Part shown: positions 43,501-53,043 of the stretch, piece after piece
Position numbering within the stretch: the first letter of the stretch is position 1
Layout of the letters: every line of letters starts with the position of its first letter
Virus record (IMG/VR): IMGVR_UViG_3300030107_006644
Coordinates: 141,518-205,517 of that record
Strand: one strand, 5' to 3'
Length of the DNA stretch: 64,000 bases
Notes under the pieces: generated by a model
Database searches by the model: none
What the model was told of the DNA's origin: nothing
What the model saw: the letters and a program-made list of their open reading frames with translations, nothing else
Program-made: the position numbers and the translations under genes

Positions 43501-46355
43501 CCGGTAGTTTGGGAATGGGCGCGCTGGGTGTCGGTGGACATTTTGGAAGAAGCCTGATGGACGACGGGCCCGGGCTCAATCAACTGTTTGGTATCGGAAG
43601 CGGTGTAAATTGGTTAGGAGATCAGTTAGACCCGGGCAGATCGGGCTGGGGAAGAGAAGGTTGGACAAGCGATGCTAATTTTGGCCAACCACAGCCTAAA
43701 TATGAGCGCGATGAAAGCGGTGAATTTGTCAGAGATGAAAGAGGTCGACGAGTAATTGCGCGGGACGAAAACGGACTACCACAATATGAAACAAACGAAG
43801 ACGGAAGTTTAGTTTATGCGCATGATCAGTATCGTTCACTTTTAAGCCAGCCGGTGGGCAACTTGGCCGGGCTTGGAGATACAGAATATCAGCCATGGGA
43901 AAGTCCGTATGAGGCAAGGTGGGCAAGAGAAGCAGATCTTGGCGGAATGGCTGCAGCTTTTAATGCTGAAGATATACAACAAGCGGAGATGGCAACAGGT
44001 TTGCGCGCTGCTGATGCCCAAGTTCAATCATTGGAGACACAACTTCTTGGAATGGCAATGGAAAATGTGGCGGACGCGCCGGCAGATCTTGTTAATCCTG
44101 ATGCTGCCATGGCATTTGCAAGCGACATGGGAGTTGACAACGCTGAAGCTGTCTCGGATCAAGCCCAAGAATATGTAGAGCGAATTGAACGTCTTAAGCA
44201 AAACTATGGATTAACTAATGCTAGCGAAGCTGATGTTGGGCGTGTGTCCGAAGAACAAATGGCCATACTTCAGCAAAATCCGCAAAGTTTAGCAGAGTTT
44301 GAATCTGGAATGTCAGAATTAAGTGCCGGGTGGAATCAGGAAGTGACCGCACTGCTTGGACCTCAAGCAGGAAGAGAGGCCGGCGGCCAATATGCTTTTG
44401 ACTTTGGAGTTACCGGTACGGGTGGAAACCAATATAGAACACCAAATATGTCTCCGGCTGCAATAGAAGATTTACTTATGAACATTTCGTCTAACAGGGT
44501 GTCAAATGGAAACTATACAATACCTTCGGGAATTCCATTGCCAACATTGGAAGTTACCAATGAAAATGGTGAAACAGTGGAAGTTACTGCACATTCAGAC
44601 CCACATCGATGGTGGAACGCTCTTCATCAAATGCAGCAAGAGAGATTTAACAGTAATTTAGATCAGGCAATTGCAGGAGACCTCGATGAAATAATTGGCG
44701 AACGTTCTGCAGCCGGTAGTTTGGCTCGATTTATCACCGGCCAAGATGGCTTCCTAATGACTCAGGGTTCCGAGGCGCCAGTTGAAGCTGGATTGGAACA
44801 GGGCGAACGCGTTGGCCGGCGAGAGATGCTAGAAACCTATTATAATACAAGAGTCGAAGAGCATGTTGCACAGATTACAGAAAACCGGGTTCAACAGATG
44901 GTACAATACGGTAACATGAGTGAAGACGAAGCTCAGCTACAACTTCGTGGTATGCGGGATGAGATCGTAAGAGAAGCAACTGGATATGCTATAGATGATG
45001 TAACATTAAAAAGAATTCTTACTCCTATTCCTCCGAGTAGTCAAGACGGCACTTGGAACCCTCTAGCTGGAATAGGACAGTTTGGGTTAGGTTCTGACAA
45101 TCCCGATTCGGCTGGGCCTGAAGCTGAAGCATTTAACGCCGATATGACTGTCATAGCTATGCTAAGCATGCCTTCTCATAGAGACGCAATTCTGTCCCAC
45201 GAAGATGGTCTTGGAAAAGTTGCACAACTAGCGTGGGATTACGGATTTGCTAAAAACAATCCACAATTTATAGAACAGATTTTGCCCGGACCACAATATG
45301 CACAACTGAGAAGAACAATTTCCATGGCAGCATATAGAAAGTCGCAAACTCTTCTTGCGTGGGATACTGCCGGTGAGGCGACAAATCCGAGAACGGGAGA
45401 AAGGTTGGGTAACATCGATGTTCTTTCAGAAGAATCACAGCAAGCTTTTAGCCGACTCAGGAATATTAACTGGGGACACTTTGGCTTAGTAGAGGGCTCT
45501 GATGGTTCGGCGAATCTGGGCGCATGGAGAGATTACGCTGGAAACGGACATGATCTTGACCGGCTTGGTCCGGTCGGGAACGCCACAGCAACAAATCCTG
45601 ATGGCGAATTAACCGTTAACGCACAAGAAATGGTTGCACTGAATGAAGAGTTTAGCGATCTCAGCGATCTAGACCGACGAACGCCGTTGTATTCTGCTGC
45701 CTACAATGCTTTGCCGGAAGAAACACAAGACAGAATATACCAATATAGCGTAACTAGATCAGATATAATAGGTCGACAATATAAAAGGCGTGGAGAACTC
45801 CTGCAGGACGAAGGGCATGCGATCCCAAGAGCAAGACAAATGGCTGGAGCATATTACGTAGCTAGTTCCGGAGATCCGGTCTTAGATCAATTAAGAGGCG
45901 TAGGGTTCCCATCAGCAGCTATTGCAAATCAGGTTGCATTAAGACTTGTAGGCGGACAACCATTGCAGGACATTCAACTAGCTATAAACCCGGATGGGCG
46001 AGCCGCTGCAGCGATTGAGGCAGGGCGAGGAGATTTGAATGGCCCCATATGGGTAGCAGGGGAAACGCTAGACGAAGCCCGACAAAGTGGACAAACATTG
46101 CTGTGGGCCCCTAATCTTGAAAACTCAGCTGGAATGGGCGGTGCACTACCGCAAGGCGCAACAATCAGATTCGGCAGCAACCAGACGGGAGGCGAAACTA
46201 CGCAAGCTATAGAAGTTCCGCAGGCGCCCGGGGCTGGAGCTAGCGCTGAAGATCAGGCCGAATATCGTCGACAATTGCAAGATGCAGCGCGACAACAGGT
46301 GGGCGCACAGGGAGCCCCTAGACGCAGGGGTCGAGTTGTTGTACCGGCGAGATAA
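40539..46355 (+). CDS. Very large probable virion protein with N-terminal zincin-like (HExxH) domain
   Basis: 1938 aa; HPKDILRSLAHELVHH...MERQAYE; IREELRLRSLIAE helix; Gly-rich middle. Confidence 0.8.
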   Translation: MRKPKIINNTEADHSSLIELANHFFPFAQKQMGFSEPVTIVLISDEENGADHLGKTGYYNPSDNNIGLYTDSRHPKDILRSLAHELVHHTQNGKGMFNLDIDLEPGYAQNDEHMREMERQAYELGNMCFRDWEDNNKEEIRKWDLKESIRQELRKRMSGTPEILEEGPRWDKFKGAMGSAGKGVWGGVKAAPGATWRGIKHSWTGDPVAMSAKPARGPKGEYIPRGGPGKEKKQFFTEEEQTTSEFPSPFQQKITEKSDAEAWAKWIMDFQEPALIKKAFYTVIYDEILGNDGEPVKFKMNKKLEIAQHYTAMFYGPDGPGHEEAPPAESPVETAADTADADAEESPATAEVEDDSSIYDVSRVMTPGTDYEDPIETGYGTSVDDPTAGGLGGEWREHKEMNSMNKKLSIREELRLRSLIAEATQRVMQKQRLLRENSQEEFGTSDVTVDEPSAHGGLEDRGEWTNPVTDVTHENTRDDAAADLQFDTSTAFGTSYTQGAGGAPVGSWLTNPAMRHPTASWTGRQEKIARTLAGETVTNRDGSVFEIGRGDQRFVDRLQSGDLMGTDLGMVRRGERINPNAWREALLEAGDVGRALYEQHDAEGWINEGEIKDFWQPAYEREWLSQYRANNDYHRERFARQEGFQSWNSLQAAGGADLFTVTAEDIDAEMPTRLEWAQHHLGLGDIKSASGAGGLAGDPRFDMRVNPNLTQQQAERNMRMWGYEPEYVDLPDGRRIPMALTREQADEQIAENEWGVTTFLRRNVADPIVQDIAQQGQFAHDAILRPMFGNVQSGEFIPLWAGWGLGDDPINQWGRDDVYGSGRQFGASMPGTYRDPRMQSVYAEYYGPEDAPSEDMIGKMKPMDEWNIPNRGAVIMNSLNMPESWKYAAMYYGGGAAMRGLGALRGMPAAAGGAGASGGGAAGGWLGGSVPKWLGQIPGRTPGLWRAPGAGAVESGLVNLGSRLGPWGTRWGTTLGRWGGYGAGAGAAGSLGMGALGVGGHFGRSLMDDGPGLNQLFGIGSGVNWLGDQLDPGRSGWGREGWTSDANFGQPQPKYERDESGEFVRDERGRRVIARDENGLPQYETNEDGSLVYAHDQYRSLLSQPVGNLAGLGDTEYQPWESPYEARWAREADLGGMAAAFNAEDIQQAEMATGLRAADAQVQSLETQLLGMAMENVADAPADLVNPDAAMAFASDMGVDNAEAVSDQAQEYVERIERLKQNYGLTNASEADVGRVSEEQMAILQQNPQSLAEFESGMSELSAGWNQEVTALLGPQAGREAGGQYAFDFGVTGTGGNQYRTPNMSPAAIEDLLMNISSNRVSNGNYTIPSGIPLPTLEVTNENGETVEVTAHSDPHRWWNALHQMQQERFNSNLDQAIAGDLDEIIGERSAAGSLARFITGQDGFLMTQGSEAPVEAGLEQGERVGRREMLETYYNTRVEEHVAQITENRVQQMVQYGNMSEDEAQLQLRGMRDEIVREATGYAIDDVTLKRILTPIPPSSQDGTWNPLAGIGQFGLGSDNPDSAGPEAEAFNADMTVIAMLSMPSHRDAILSHEDGLGKVAQLAWDYGFAKNNPQFIEQILPGPQYAQLRRTISMAAYRKSQTLLAWDTAGEATNPRTGERLGNIDVLSEESQQAFSRLRNINWGHFGLVEGSDGSANLGAWRDYAGNGHDLDRLGPVGNATATNPDGELTVNAQEMVALNEEFSDLSDLDRRTPLYSAAYNALPEETQDRIYQYSVTRSDIIGRQYKRRGELLQDEGHAIPRARQMAGAYYVASSGDPVLDQLRGVGFPSAAIANQVALRLVGGQPLQDIQLAINPDGRAAAAIEAGRGDLNGPIWVAGETLDEARQSGQTLLWAPNLENSAGMGGALPQGATIRFGSNQTGGETTQAIEVPQAPGAGASAEDQAEYRRQLQDAARQQVGAQGAPRRRGRVVVPAR

Positions 46356-46396
46356 TAAGATGACGAAAGTGGTAGATGACATTTACACAATAACAC

Positions 46397-46405
46397 ACTA
46401 TTTAA
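46397..46405 (+). promoter_or_regulatory. CTATTTA late-promoter-like motif
   Basis: actatttaa upstream of 46456. Confidence 0.45.
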
Positions 46406-46455
46406 GATAGCAGAGATTAATAACTCAATTTTTCATTTTTTAAGGAGCAAGACAA

Positions 46456-47313
46456 ATGAGTAAAAAAACAAAATTAAACAGAAGGCAGCTTGAAGCTCTT
46501 GTCCGGAGCAAGCTGCAGGAAAAACTAAATATACAAGAGGACGTTGGCGATTGGGTCGGAAGGACTGCGAGCGCTGCGAGCAGAGCTGCCGGCAAAGTGG
46601 CCTCGGGAGCGGCGGAAGCAGGAGAAGCAGTCGGTACCGAAGTCGGCAAAACTGTGCAAGGCGTGTTGCCGGCTAACGTGGGCGATGTTGCGAGCACCGC
46701 CGGGGAAAGGATTGGTGCAGCCGTTGGCAAAGGTGTAGGATCGCTTAAGCGTGAAACCGGAAAGTGGAGCGATGCGATTCCTCGAAACCAGTCAATGCAA
46801 GAAGCTCAACTTAATGAGTTTTTTGGTGACGTGGCCCAAGGCATGATGGACTACGCCTACGGTACCGGAAGGCACGGCGGTGGTACGATTCACGGCGAGC
46901 CATGGCGAGACGTTGCAGCCCGAATGGCGCGAACTGGTGGCGTGGCATACAAACGAGATGACGCGCAAAATGTTAAAGGACCTCAGCCAAGCGCAGTTGA
47001 TAACCTTGGACCACGGGCAGGTGCGCAGTTTATGAGAGAAGCGGTAGCGGACGTGGTGGATCCGCCGGATATGCCTGAGACAGCAGATCTAGCAGATCTT
47101 GACGATGTGGAAGCGTTTGCTGCTGATGAAGTTATGGATGATATTACAGAACAAGCCGCCGGCGATGCAGTGAAAGCTGCAGCAGCAAATGCTGAAGAAG
47201 ATGGAGACGAATTGGGATCCATGGGCGATGCAGTTAAAAATGAACACCTGTCCGATAAAGAGTGGTACGACAATCAGCTTTTCGAGAACCTTAAAAAGAA
47301 ATGGATAAGATAA
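46456..47313 (+). CDS. Probable virion/internal-head protein
   Basis: KLNRRQLEALVRSKLQE; A/D-rich; C-terminal WYDNQLFENLKKKW. Confidence 0.75.
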   Translation: MSKKTKLNRRQLEALVRSKLQEKLNIQEDVGDWVGRTASAASRAAGKVASGAAEAGEAVGTEVGKTVQGVLPANVGDVASTAGERIGAAVGKGVGSLKRETGKWSDAIPRNQSMQEAQLNEFFGDVAQGMMDYAYGTGRHGGGTIHGEPWRDVAARMARTGGVAYKRDDAQNVKGPQPSAVDNLGPRAGAQFMREAVADVVDPPDMPETADLADLDDVEAFAADEVMDDITEQAAGDAVKAAAANAEEDGDELGSMGDAVKNEHLSDKEWYDNQLFENLKKKWIR

Positions 47314-47328
47314 AGGAATACATAATGT

Positions 47329-47511
47329 ATGAAAACTCGCAAAAAAACAGATTCTCAACATTATGTTATCTGGACTGACGAAGACGGCACAAGAAAAGTT
47401 GAACCCTTCGATAAGAAGGTTGAGGCGTATGAATTTATGGTCTCAAAACTCTCTATTGGTAACTGGGCATGCTTTCCTGAAAACGCTAGAATCTTAAGAA
47501 ACACTATGTAG
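47329..47511 (+). CDS. Small hypothetical protein
   Basis: 60 aa; AAGGA SD. Confidence 0.6.
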   Translation: MKTRKKTDSQHYVIWTDEDGTRKVEPFDKKVEAYEFMVSKLSIGNWACFPENARILRNTM

Positions 47512-47527
47512 TACAGGGCGATACAAG

Positions 47528-49174
47528 ATGAGCGTTACAAACGTAAACAAAATAACAAAAGTAATACTCGGCTCAGCCGAGGACGAGTGTTTATTAAGCG
47601 GCTCGAATTGGTTTGATAGAATACATGTTGGTAGTGGTGCCAATCAAGATGGCTCTTATCCTTCTTTCGTACTTCACCCATACAGTGATAACGATGTCTA
47701 CGTAGCTAGCAAAGATAGTGCTTTAATTGTAAGTGCACGTAATCCTTGTTATAGATATCTGCAAATAGAGATAGCTGACTGGCGAGTTGAAGATTGGTAT
47801 CGGCGAAGAGTTACTGCCGATGACGACTCTTTGGAGAACAATTATGGCTCTTATGATTACTTAGATATTTATATTGGCCGCCCAGTCGATGACAATGCCT
47901 CTTCTTATACGGAAACTTTTTGGGCTCGACTTGGAGGCGCCTCGTATAGTACTTTAGAAGTAGCCGAAGCCGGTAATGGCATAAATGATAAATACAGATC
48001 TTATCACGAAGGAACCATAAGAACGGTACCCGGCGTTGATAGTAGTAAAAAGTTTGTGATCGATATGGCTCAAGCGTGGGCGTCAGCAGCTAATCAAACT
48101 GATGATTATGGTTATCCAAGATATGCATATTACCCGACAGGTTCGACAGAAGCTACAGAAAACGGAATCGACACAAGGCCTGTTTATTTGCCAACTGGCT
48201 CAATTGCGTATGTAGTCTTTCACTGGCATACTGAAGCTACCGTAACTTCGCACGCAGGAACAATGGGTCGATTCTTCGAGATTACGTGTTCTTTTCACGA
48301 AAAGGTGTCAGAAACGGCTTACATATATGGCACTACCTCTGTATATGCAGAAAATGTATTGCAAAGGCAAAACCCGGGATTTATGCAATATCCCGCAGTG
48401 ACGCTAGCCTCCAGTATAATTCCCGGGCTCACATCTAGTATCGAAGGAGATATACCTACCTCAAACCGCACGGGACCGCCGGCCATATGCTGCCCAGTCG
48501 ATCAGTGGGATGATATAACTAAAGAAGTACCAACCGGTTTTGCAGCTATTGCTAGAGGTGATAATTGCGATGAGTATGGCACGGTGGAGCTAGTGTGGAA
48601 TGAAGCCACCTCTTCAACTGGATATACTCGCTACAACATTTATATTGACGATGGTACCAGCGGAGTTAATCCGGCCGATTCTTCAACGTATGCCTCTGCC
48701 TTAACACCCATATGGGGTACTTGTTTCCCGCCTCCAAATAGCGGAAGCGGAAAAGAAGATCATCCAGCCGACGAACCCGGTGCTGGATGGCCGAGACCGG
48801 GGGTTAGTGTCGGCGGCATAGGAAATGTTGGCCAAACTCAATCTGGTTCTAAGTTTTCAATATCACACACAATTACAGGTGTTGATACATCGCAAACATA
48901 CAAATATTGGCTTCAAGCAGTAGATGTATGTGGTGCTAGCAGTCTTATTAGCGCTGAAGCTAGTTTTACAACCACCGATTTAACCTGTAGTTCTCCATAT
49001 TATTATGATGAAGATTTTACGATTGACTACTATAAATGTTTACATATGCAATTTAATAGAAAAGGCGCTGTTCCGGGACAATATTGTCCTCCAGACCACG
49101 TTCCATTTGCTTACGGAACCAAAGGAGTTACAATTCGCTATCCCAAAACTCCTTATAGTGGTAATTTAGGCTAA
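47528..49174 (+). CDS. Beta-rich probable structural protein with FN3-like C-terminal part
   Basis: 548 aa; VELVWNEAT...YNIY...YKYWLQAVD. Confidence 0.7.
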   Translation: MSVTNVNKITKVILGSAEDECLLSGSNWFDRIHVGSGANQDGSYPSFVLHPYSDNDVYVASKDSALIVSARNPCYRYLQIEIADWRVEDWYRRRVTADDDSLENNYGSYDYLDIYIGRPVDDNASSYTETFWARLGGASYSTLEVAEAGNGINDKYRSYHEGTIRTVPGVDSSKKFVIDMAQAWASAANQTDDYGYPRYAYYPTGSTEATENGIDTRPVYLPTGSIAYVVFHWHTEATVTSHAGTMGRFFEITCSFHEKVSETAYIYGTTSVYAENVLQRQNPGFMQYPAVTLASSIIPGLTSSIEGDIPTSNRTGPPAICCPVDQWDDITKEVPTGFAAIARGDNCDEYGTVELVWNEATSSTGYTRYNIYIDDGTSGVNPADSSTYASALTPIWGTCFPPPNSGSGKEDHPADEPGAGWPRPGVSVGGIGNVGQTQSGSKFSISHTITGVDTSQTYKYWLQAVDVCGASSLISAEASFTTTDLTCSSPYYYDEDFTIDYYKCLHMQFNRKGAVPGQYCPPDHVPFAYGTKGVTIRYPKTPYSGNLG

Positions 49175-49179
49175 TAAAA

Positions 49180-49188
49180 ACTACTTAT
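49180..49188 (+). promoter_or_regulatory. CTACTTAT late-promoter-like motif
   Basis: actacttat upstream of 49211. Confidence 0.4.
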
Positions 49189-49210
49189 ATTATGACTGTA
49201 GGAGAAAAAA

Positions 49211-49471
49211 ATGAATTACAGCGATTTAAACAAAGTTACTAGAAAATTTCTTATTGGAGAAAATTCCAAGCCCGGAATACACAGCTACATTCAAGCTTTG
49301 AGCGAAACCTTGTCAAAATTCAAGCCCAAAAGCATGCTTGAAAGTCGACGATTAGAAATTGCAAATAGTCAACTAAAAGAAATTAGACGATCTGTTCGAA
49401 AGCTTGAAGAGCAAGTGAACGTGTTGCAAGAGCAACTTAAAGTTCTAGAAGAGGGAACAGATAATAAATGA
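49211..49471 (+). CDS. Coiled-coil hypothetical protein
   Basis: AGGAG SD; heptad C-terminus. Confidence 0.75.
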   Translation: MNYSDLNKVTRKFLIGENSKPGIHSYIQALSETLSKFKPKSMLESRRLEIANSQLKEIRRSVRKLEEQVNVLQEQLKVLEEGTDNK

Positions 49472-52047
49472 GCAAATTAAAGCTTTTACTCGAAGGTGGC
49501 GTTGCTGGTCACTTGGCCCATCTATATGACAATCCTGATCTGACTTTTAACGAAGTAAAATCAATTTTGCGCTCTGCTTCAAATGGCGAGCTTGTCGGCA
49601 CAGAAAAGACGGATGGATACAACATTTATCTAAGTGCTCGACAGGGTGTTGCATTGTACGCTAGAAACAAAGGAGATATGGTTGCTGGTGGCCGAACGTT
49701 GCAGGACTTAAACATGCGACAGTTCGCGGGAGGCCAACAAGTTAAAGATGTATATGTAAAATCTTTCTCAGCATTTCAAAGAATGGTTAGCAGTTTAGAG
49801 CCTAGAGAACAAGCTTTTGTTTTTGGCGCTAATGGTGAGATATTTTACAATACAGAGATTCAGGGCCCGGGCGCATCTAATGTAGTTAATTATGACGCTA
49901 ATATTTTATCGATTCACCGAAGTGGTCACAAGGTCTATGATGCTAAAACAAATAAAGTAGTTGCCATCCCAAAGCCAAGTGATGCTAATTATGCAGATTT
50001 TGCACGTCGATTTCCCAATATCAATATTGAGCGAAGTTCGCATTATCTTGATTCGGTCTTAGATCAGTTTGAAGAGGCCGGACAAGACACAGATTTCACA
50101 GTACGTAGGACGGCCATATTACAGCTTCAGGCTCTTTCTGACGATTCGGCATATCAAGAAGCTATTGAAAAGATGAATACTGCCGGCTTTGGCGGAAATA
50201 TGACTGTCGGAGATTATATAGAAGATAGACTTAAGCATTTATTAGGACAAGATTTGTCCTTTTTCCCCACACAGACCCAGCAAGACATTATTGATAAAAT
50301 TCTTAGCAAAGATGGCGCCAAAAATCTACGACAAATTTACAAAGGACTGCCAACCGATCAGGTTGAGGCAATTAGAGCCTTAGTTTCAAATGGTGGAAAG
50401 TTTATTTCAAAAGCCGTCTCGCCGTTGGAAAACGCAATTCACGATTTCGCAGTAGAGATGCTTAGAGGGCTGGAAAGTGCTTATATTCTCGACAACCAAG
50501 CCGAATTGGAAAGACTGAGACGTGAAGTTCGAACTGCAATTGATCAAATTTCTCAATATGGCGGCCCGGGAGCAACGGAAGCTCATGACATATTAAAGAA
50601 GCAATTACAAAAGCTTAAATCACATAGCAACATTAATTCTGTTGTTGAAGGGTTCGTGTTTGAATACAACGGGCAGAACTATAAATTTACCGGCAACTTT
50701 GCGCCCATAAATCAATTACTAGGCCTGTTTAAGTATGGGCGAGGTACTGCCCCTCCCATCATGGCGCAAGGCAGTCAGCACCTCTCTGAGGCTGTGCAAC
50801 ACACCAACCAACAACAGGCTATGACCTTCACATCTGCGGGTGCTGGGCAAATGCCTCAATCAATTGCTGTGATTCCCGGCGGATTCAAGCCTCCTCACAG
50901 AGGCCATGTTGCAATGGCTAAGCATTTTAACAGTTTAGCTGAAGTTACTCTGATTATTATGGGCCATGGTGCCAAAACCAACAAAAGAACCATCGCTGGT
51001 CAAGAAGTTTCGTTTGATGTCTCCAAAAATCTCTGGTCTCTGATGGGAGATGCAGTGGGTCTTGATGCGTATATAGTGGAGGCTCCACCCGGATCGAATC
51101 CGATGAAGATTGCGTATGAGGTTTTAGAATCTGCTCAGCCGGGTCAAACAATTTACATGGGTGCGGGAGCAAAAGATGCAGAGAGGTTTAGAGGGCAAGC
51201 AGAAGCATATGCTCCAGAAGGCGTCAATTTAGAGGTGGAGCCGTTTCCAGATATTAGACATTCATCTCAATATATGCAATTATTAGAAGCAAATCCAGAA
51301 ATTGCTCAAAATATGCCAAGTATAAAGAATGCCAAAAAGAGGCCAGAAGAGTTGCATGCTTCTGATTTGAGATATGTTGCAGAGCAGGCTATGCAGAATC
51401 CGATAGCCGTAGAGATGTTCAAAGACTTTCTACCTCAAGGAGTCGATGCAGGACAAGTTTTACAATCATTGGGCGTAACGGGTGCACAAGCTCAACCTGA
51501 AGAGATGGCAGAAATGCTTTTTAGAATAGTCGAAGAAACGCTACTGGAACAACCACAACAGCAAGGACCTCCACCGCCCGATTGGGAGTCGCTAGTTAAA
51601 GCTGCGGGGGAAACTACTGGGGCGCCTGTTCAGCAAATCACAATGACGTTGCAAGATATGGCTGGCGCTGTTGGACAAAGCGCGGAAGATATTGGCGCTG
51701 GACTGGATGCACTTGGGGGAGTTGCAGACGCATTAGGAAACCCAGAGGGCCCAGTACAAGGTCCTCTATCACAAATCCCCTCTAGTCTTGAGGGAGTTAT
51801 TGGCGATTTTGCCAAAAGTCACGATAAACAAGTTCAAAAACACAACAGCAACATGCAAACTCAGCAGTTTCTTGATCAGAAAAAGCAAGATTCTGCAGCT
51901 ATAGCAGAAATTTCCGCTGCTGGTGGTGGAGCGGTTGCTGGCTTTGCTGCTAAAGCTGAAGATGATGAAGATCAAGAGCCGACTATATTTCGCGAGGAAA
52001 TGATAGAAGAAGTTTTGAATTATTTATTACAAAGACGCATAAACTAA
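49468..52047 (+). CDS. Fusion of a ligase-like covalent nucleotidyltransferase domain and a HIGH-motif (cytidylyltransferase-like) domain
   Basis: TEKTDG (KxDG), FYNTEI, VEGFVF, YKF; AVIPGGFKPPHRGH. Confidence 0.75.
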   Translation: MSKLKLLLEGGVAGHLAHLYDNPDLTFNEVKSILRSASNGELVGTEKTDGYNIYLSARQGVALYARNKGDMVAGGRTLQDLNMRQFAGGQQVKDVYVKSFSAFQRMVSSLEPREQAFVFGANGEIFYNTEIQGPGASNVVNYDANILSIHRSGHKVYDAKTNKVVAIPKPSDANYADFARRFPNINIERSSHYLDSVLDQFEEAGQDTDFTVRRTAILQLQALSDDSAYQEAIEKMNTAGFGGNMTVGDYIEDRLKHLLGQDLSFFPTQTQQDIIDKILSKDGAKNLRQIYKGLPTDQVEAIRALVSNGGKFISKAVSPLENAIHDFAVEMLRGLESAYILDNQAELERLRREVRTAIDQISQYGGPGATEAHDILKKQLQKLKSHSNINSVVEGFVFEYNGQNYKFTGNFAPINQLLGLFKYGRGTAPPIMAQGSQHLSEAVQHTNQQQAMTFTSAGAGQMPQSIAVIPGGFKPPHRGHVAMAKHFNSLAEVTLIIMGHGAKTNKRTIAGQEVSFDVSKNLWSLMGDAVGLDAYIVEAPPGSNPMKIAYEVLESAQPGQTIYMGAGAKDAERFRGQAEAYAPEGVNLEVEPFPDIRHSSQYMQLLEANPEIAQNMPSIKNAKKRPEELHASDLRYVAEQAMQNPIAVEMFKDFLPQGVDAGQVLQSLGVTGAQAQPEEMAEMLFRIVEETLLEQPQQQGPPPPDWESLVKAAGETTGAPVQQITMTLQDMAGAVGQSAEDIGAGLDALGGVADALGNPEGPVQGPLSQIPSSLEGVIGDFAKSHDKQVQKHNSNMQTQQFLDQKKQDSAAIAEISAAGGGAVAGFAAKAEDDEDQEPTIFREEMIEEVLNYLLQRRIN

Positions 52048-52055
52048 CTATTTAT
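52047..52055 (+). promoter_or_regulatory. CTATTTAT late-promoter-like motif
   Basis: actatttat upstream of 52073. Confidence 0.5.
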
Positions 52056-52072
52056 TATAAGGAACATTCACA

Positions 52073-52969
52073 ATGGATCGAAAAACGTTTTTAGAAGAAT
52101 TGCAGCTTCGTCAGCAGATTCGCGAAGTCATTCAAATCGTGTATCGAAGAAAGGCTGCTAAAGTGCTCTCGGAAGAAAGGGTGTTGCGAAGCTGTATTCG
52201 TAAACTTATTCAAGAAGTTGTCGATGCTGAGCCCGCCTCTAACCCGAATAGATCGACAGGTATCACCGTTTTAGATGAAGAGGTCCTGCAGAATATTATT
52301 CCAATTTTTAAGAAATATTACATGCAGTTAGACAATGCAGAAAAACGAGAGTCTTTTCGCTCTCACATCATTAACGCGGCAGAGAATCTGCTAAGTACAA
52401 TCGGTTCTGGTCAAGAAGAAGGTGGAGAAACTGCACTGGCGGCTGCTCCCGAAGAACCTGAAGTGGAGCCGTTAGCTGAACAAGACGTTTCTATGAACGT
52501 TTCACCAAAAGACGATCCCATGTTCATTCCCGTAGAGGATGACAAGCCAGATCCGGAAACAGCTGAAAGAGATGAATTTAGAACCGGAATGGACGGAGAA
52601 TTATCGCCAGATCAAGAAGTGGGAGCACTCAGGGCTCAAACCGCATTCAACGGACCTGACACTACTATCAAAAAGGCTTATAAAGATTTGCGTGGAGAAG
52701 ACGCAGCATTGTTTGGCGAATATTTGATTACCAACCTCAAATTGCACTTCGATGCAATGGAAGAGGAAATTAGTATGACTCCGGAGCCCACGACCCCATC
52801 ATACGAAGAGGCGGCTGCAGAAATGGGTGGAGAGGTTGCGCCACCTGATGATATGGGCGCTGCGCCGCCCGTGGATGCTCCGATGGATGCTGGGCCACCT
52901 GCCGATATGGGTGCACCCGCTGGGGCTCCTATACCTCCTGAAGAGGGTGCTATGCCGCCGGGCATGTAA
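52073..52969 (+). CDS. Probable virion-associated acidic protein
   Basis: LEELQLRQQIREVI, LRSCIRKLIQE helices; NPNRSTGI; P/A/M/D tail. Confidence 0.75.
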   Translation: MDRKTFLEELQLRQQIREVIQIVYRRKAAKVLSEERVLRSCIRKLIQEVVDAEPASNPNRSTGITVLDEEVLQNIIPIFKKYYMQLDNAEKRESFRSHIINAAENLLSTIGSGQEEGGETALAAAPEEPEVEPLAEQDVSMNVSPKDDPMFIPVEDDKPDPETAERDEFRTGMDGELSPDQEVGALRAQTAFNGPDTTIKKAYKDLRGEDAALFGEYLITNLKLHFDAMEEEISMTPEPTTPSYEEAAAEMGGEVAPPDDMGAAPPVDAPMDAGPPADMGAPAGAPIPPEEGAMPPGM

Positions 52970-53043
52970 AAAGATCATTTTTCTGAGAGATTTACTTAAA
53001 ATCCGAAATATTATGTGCTATTTTGGGAGGGTAGGTGGTTTTA

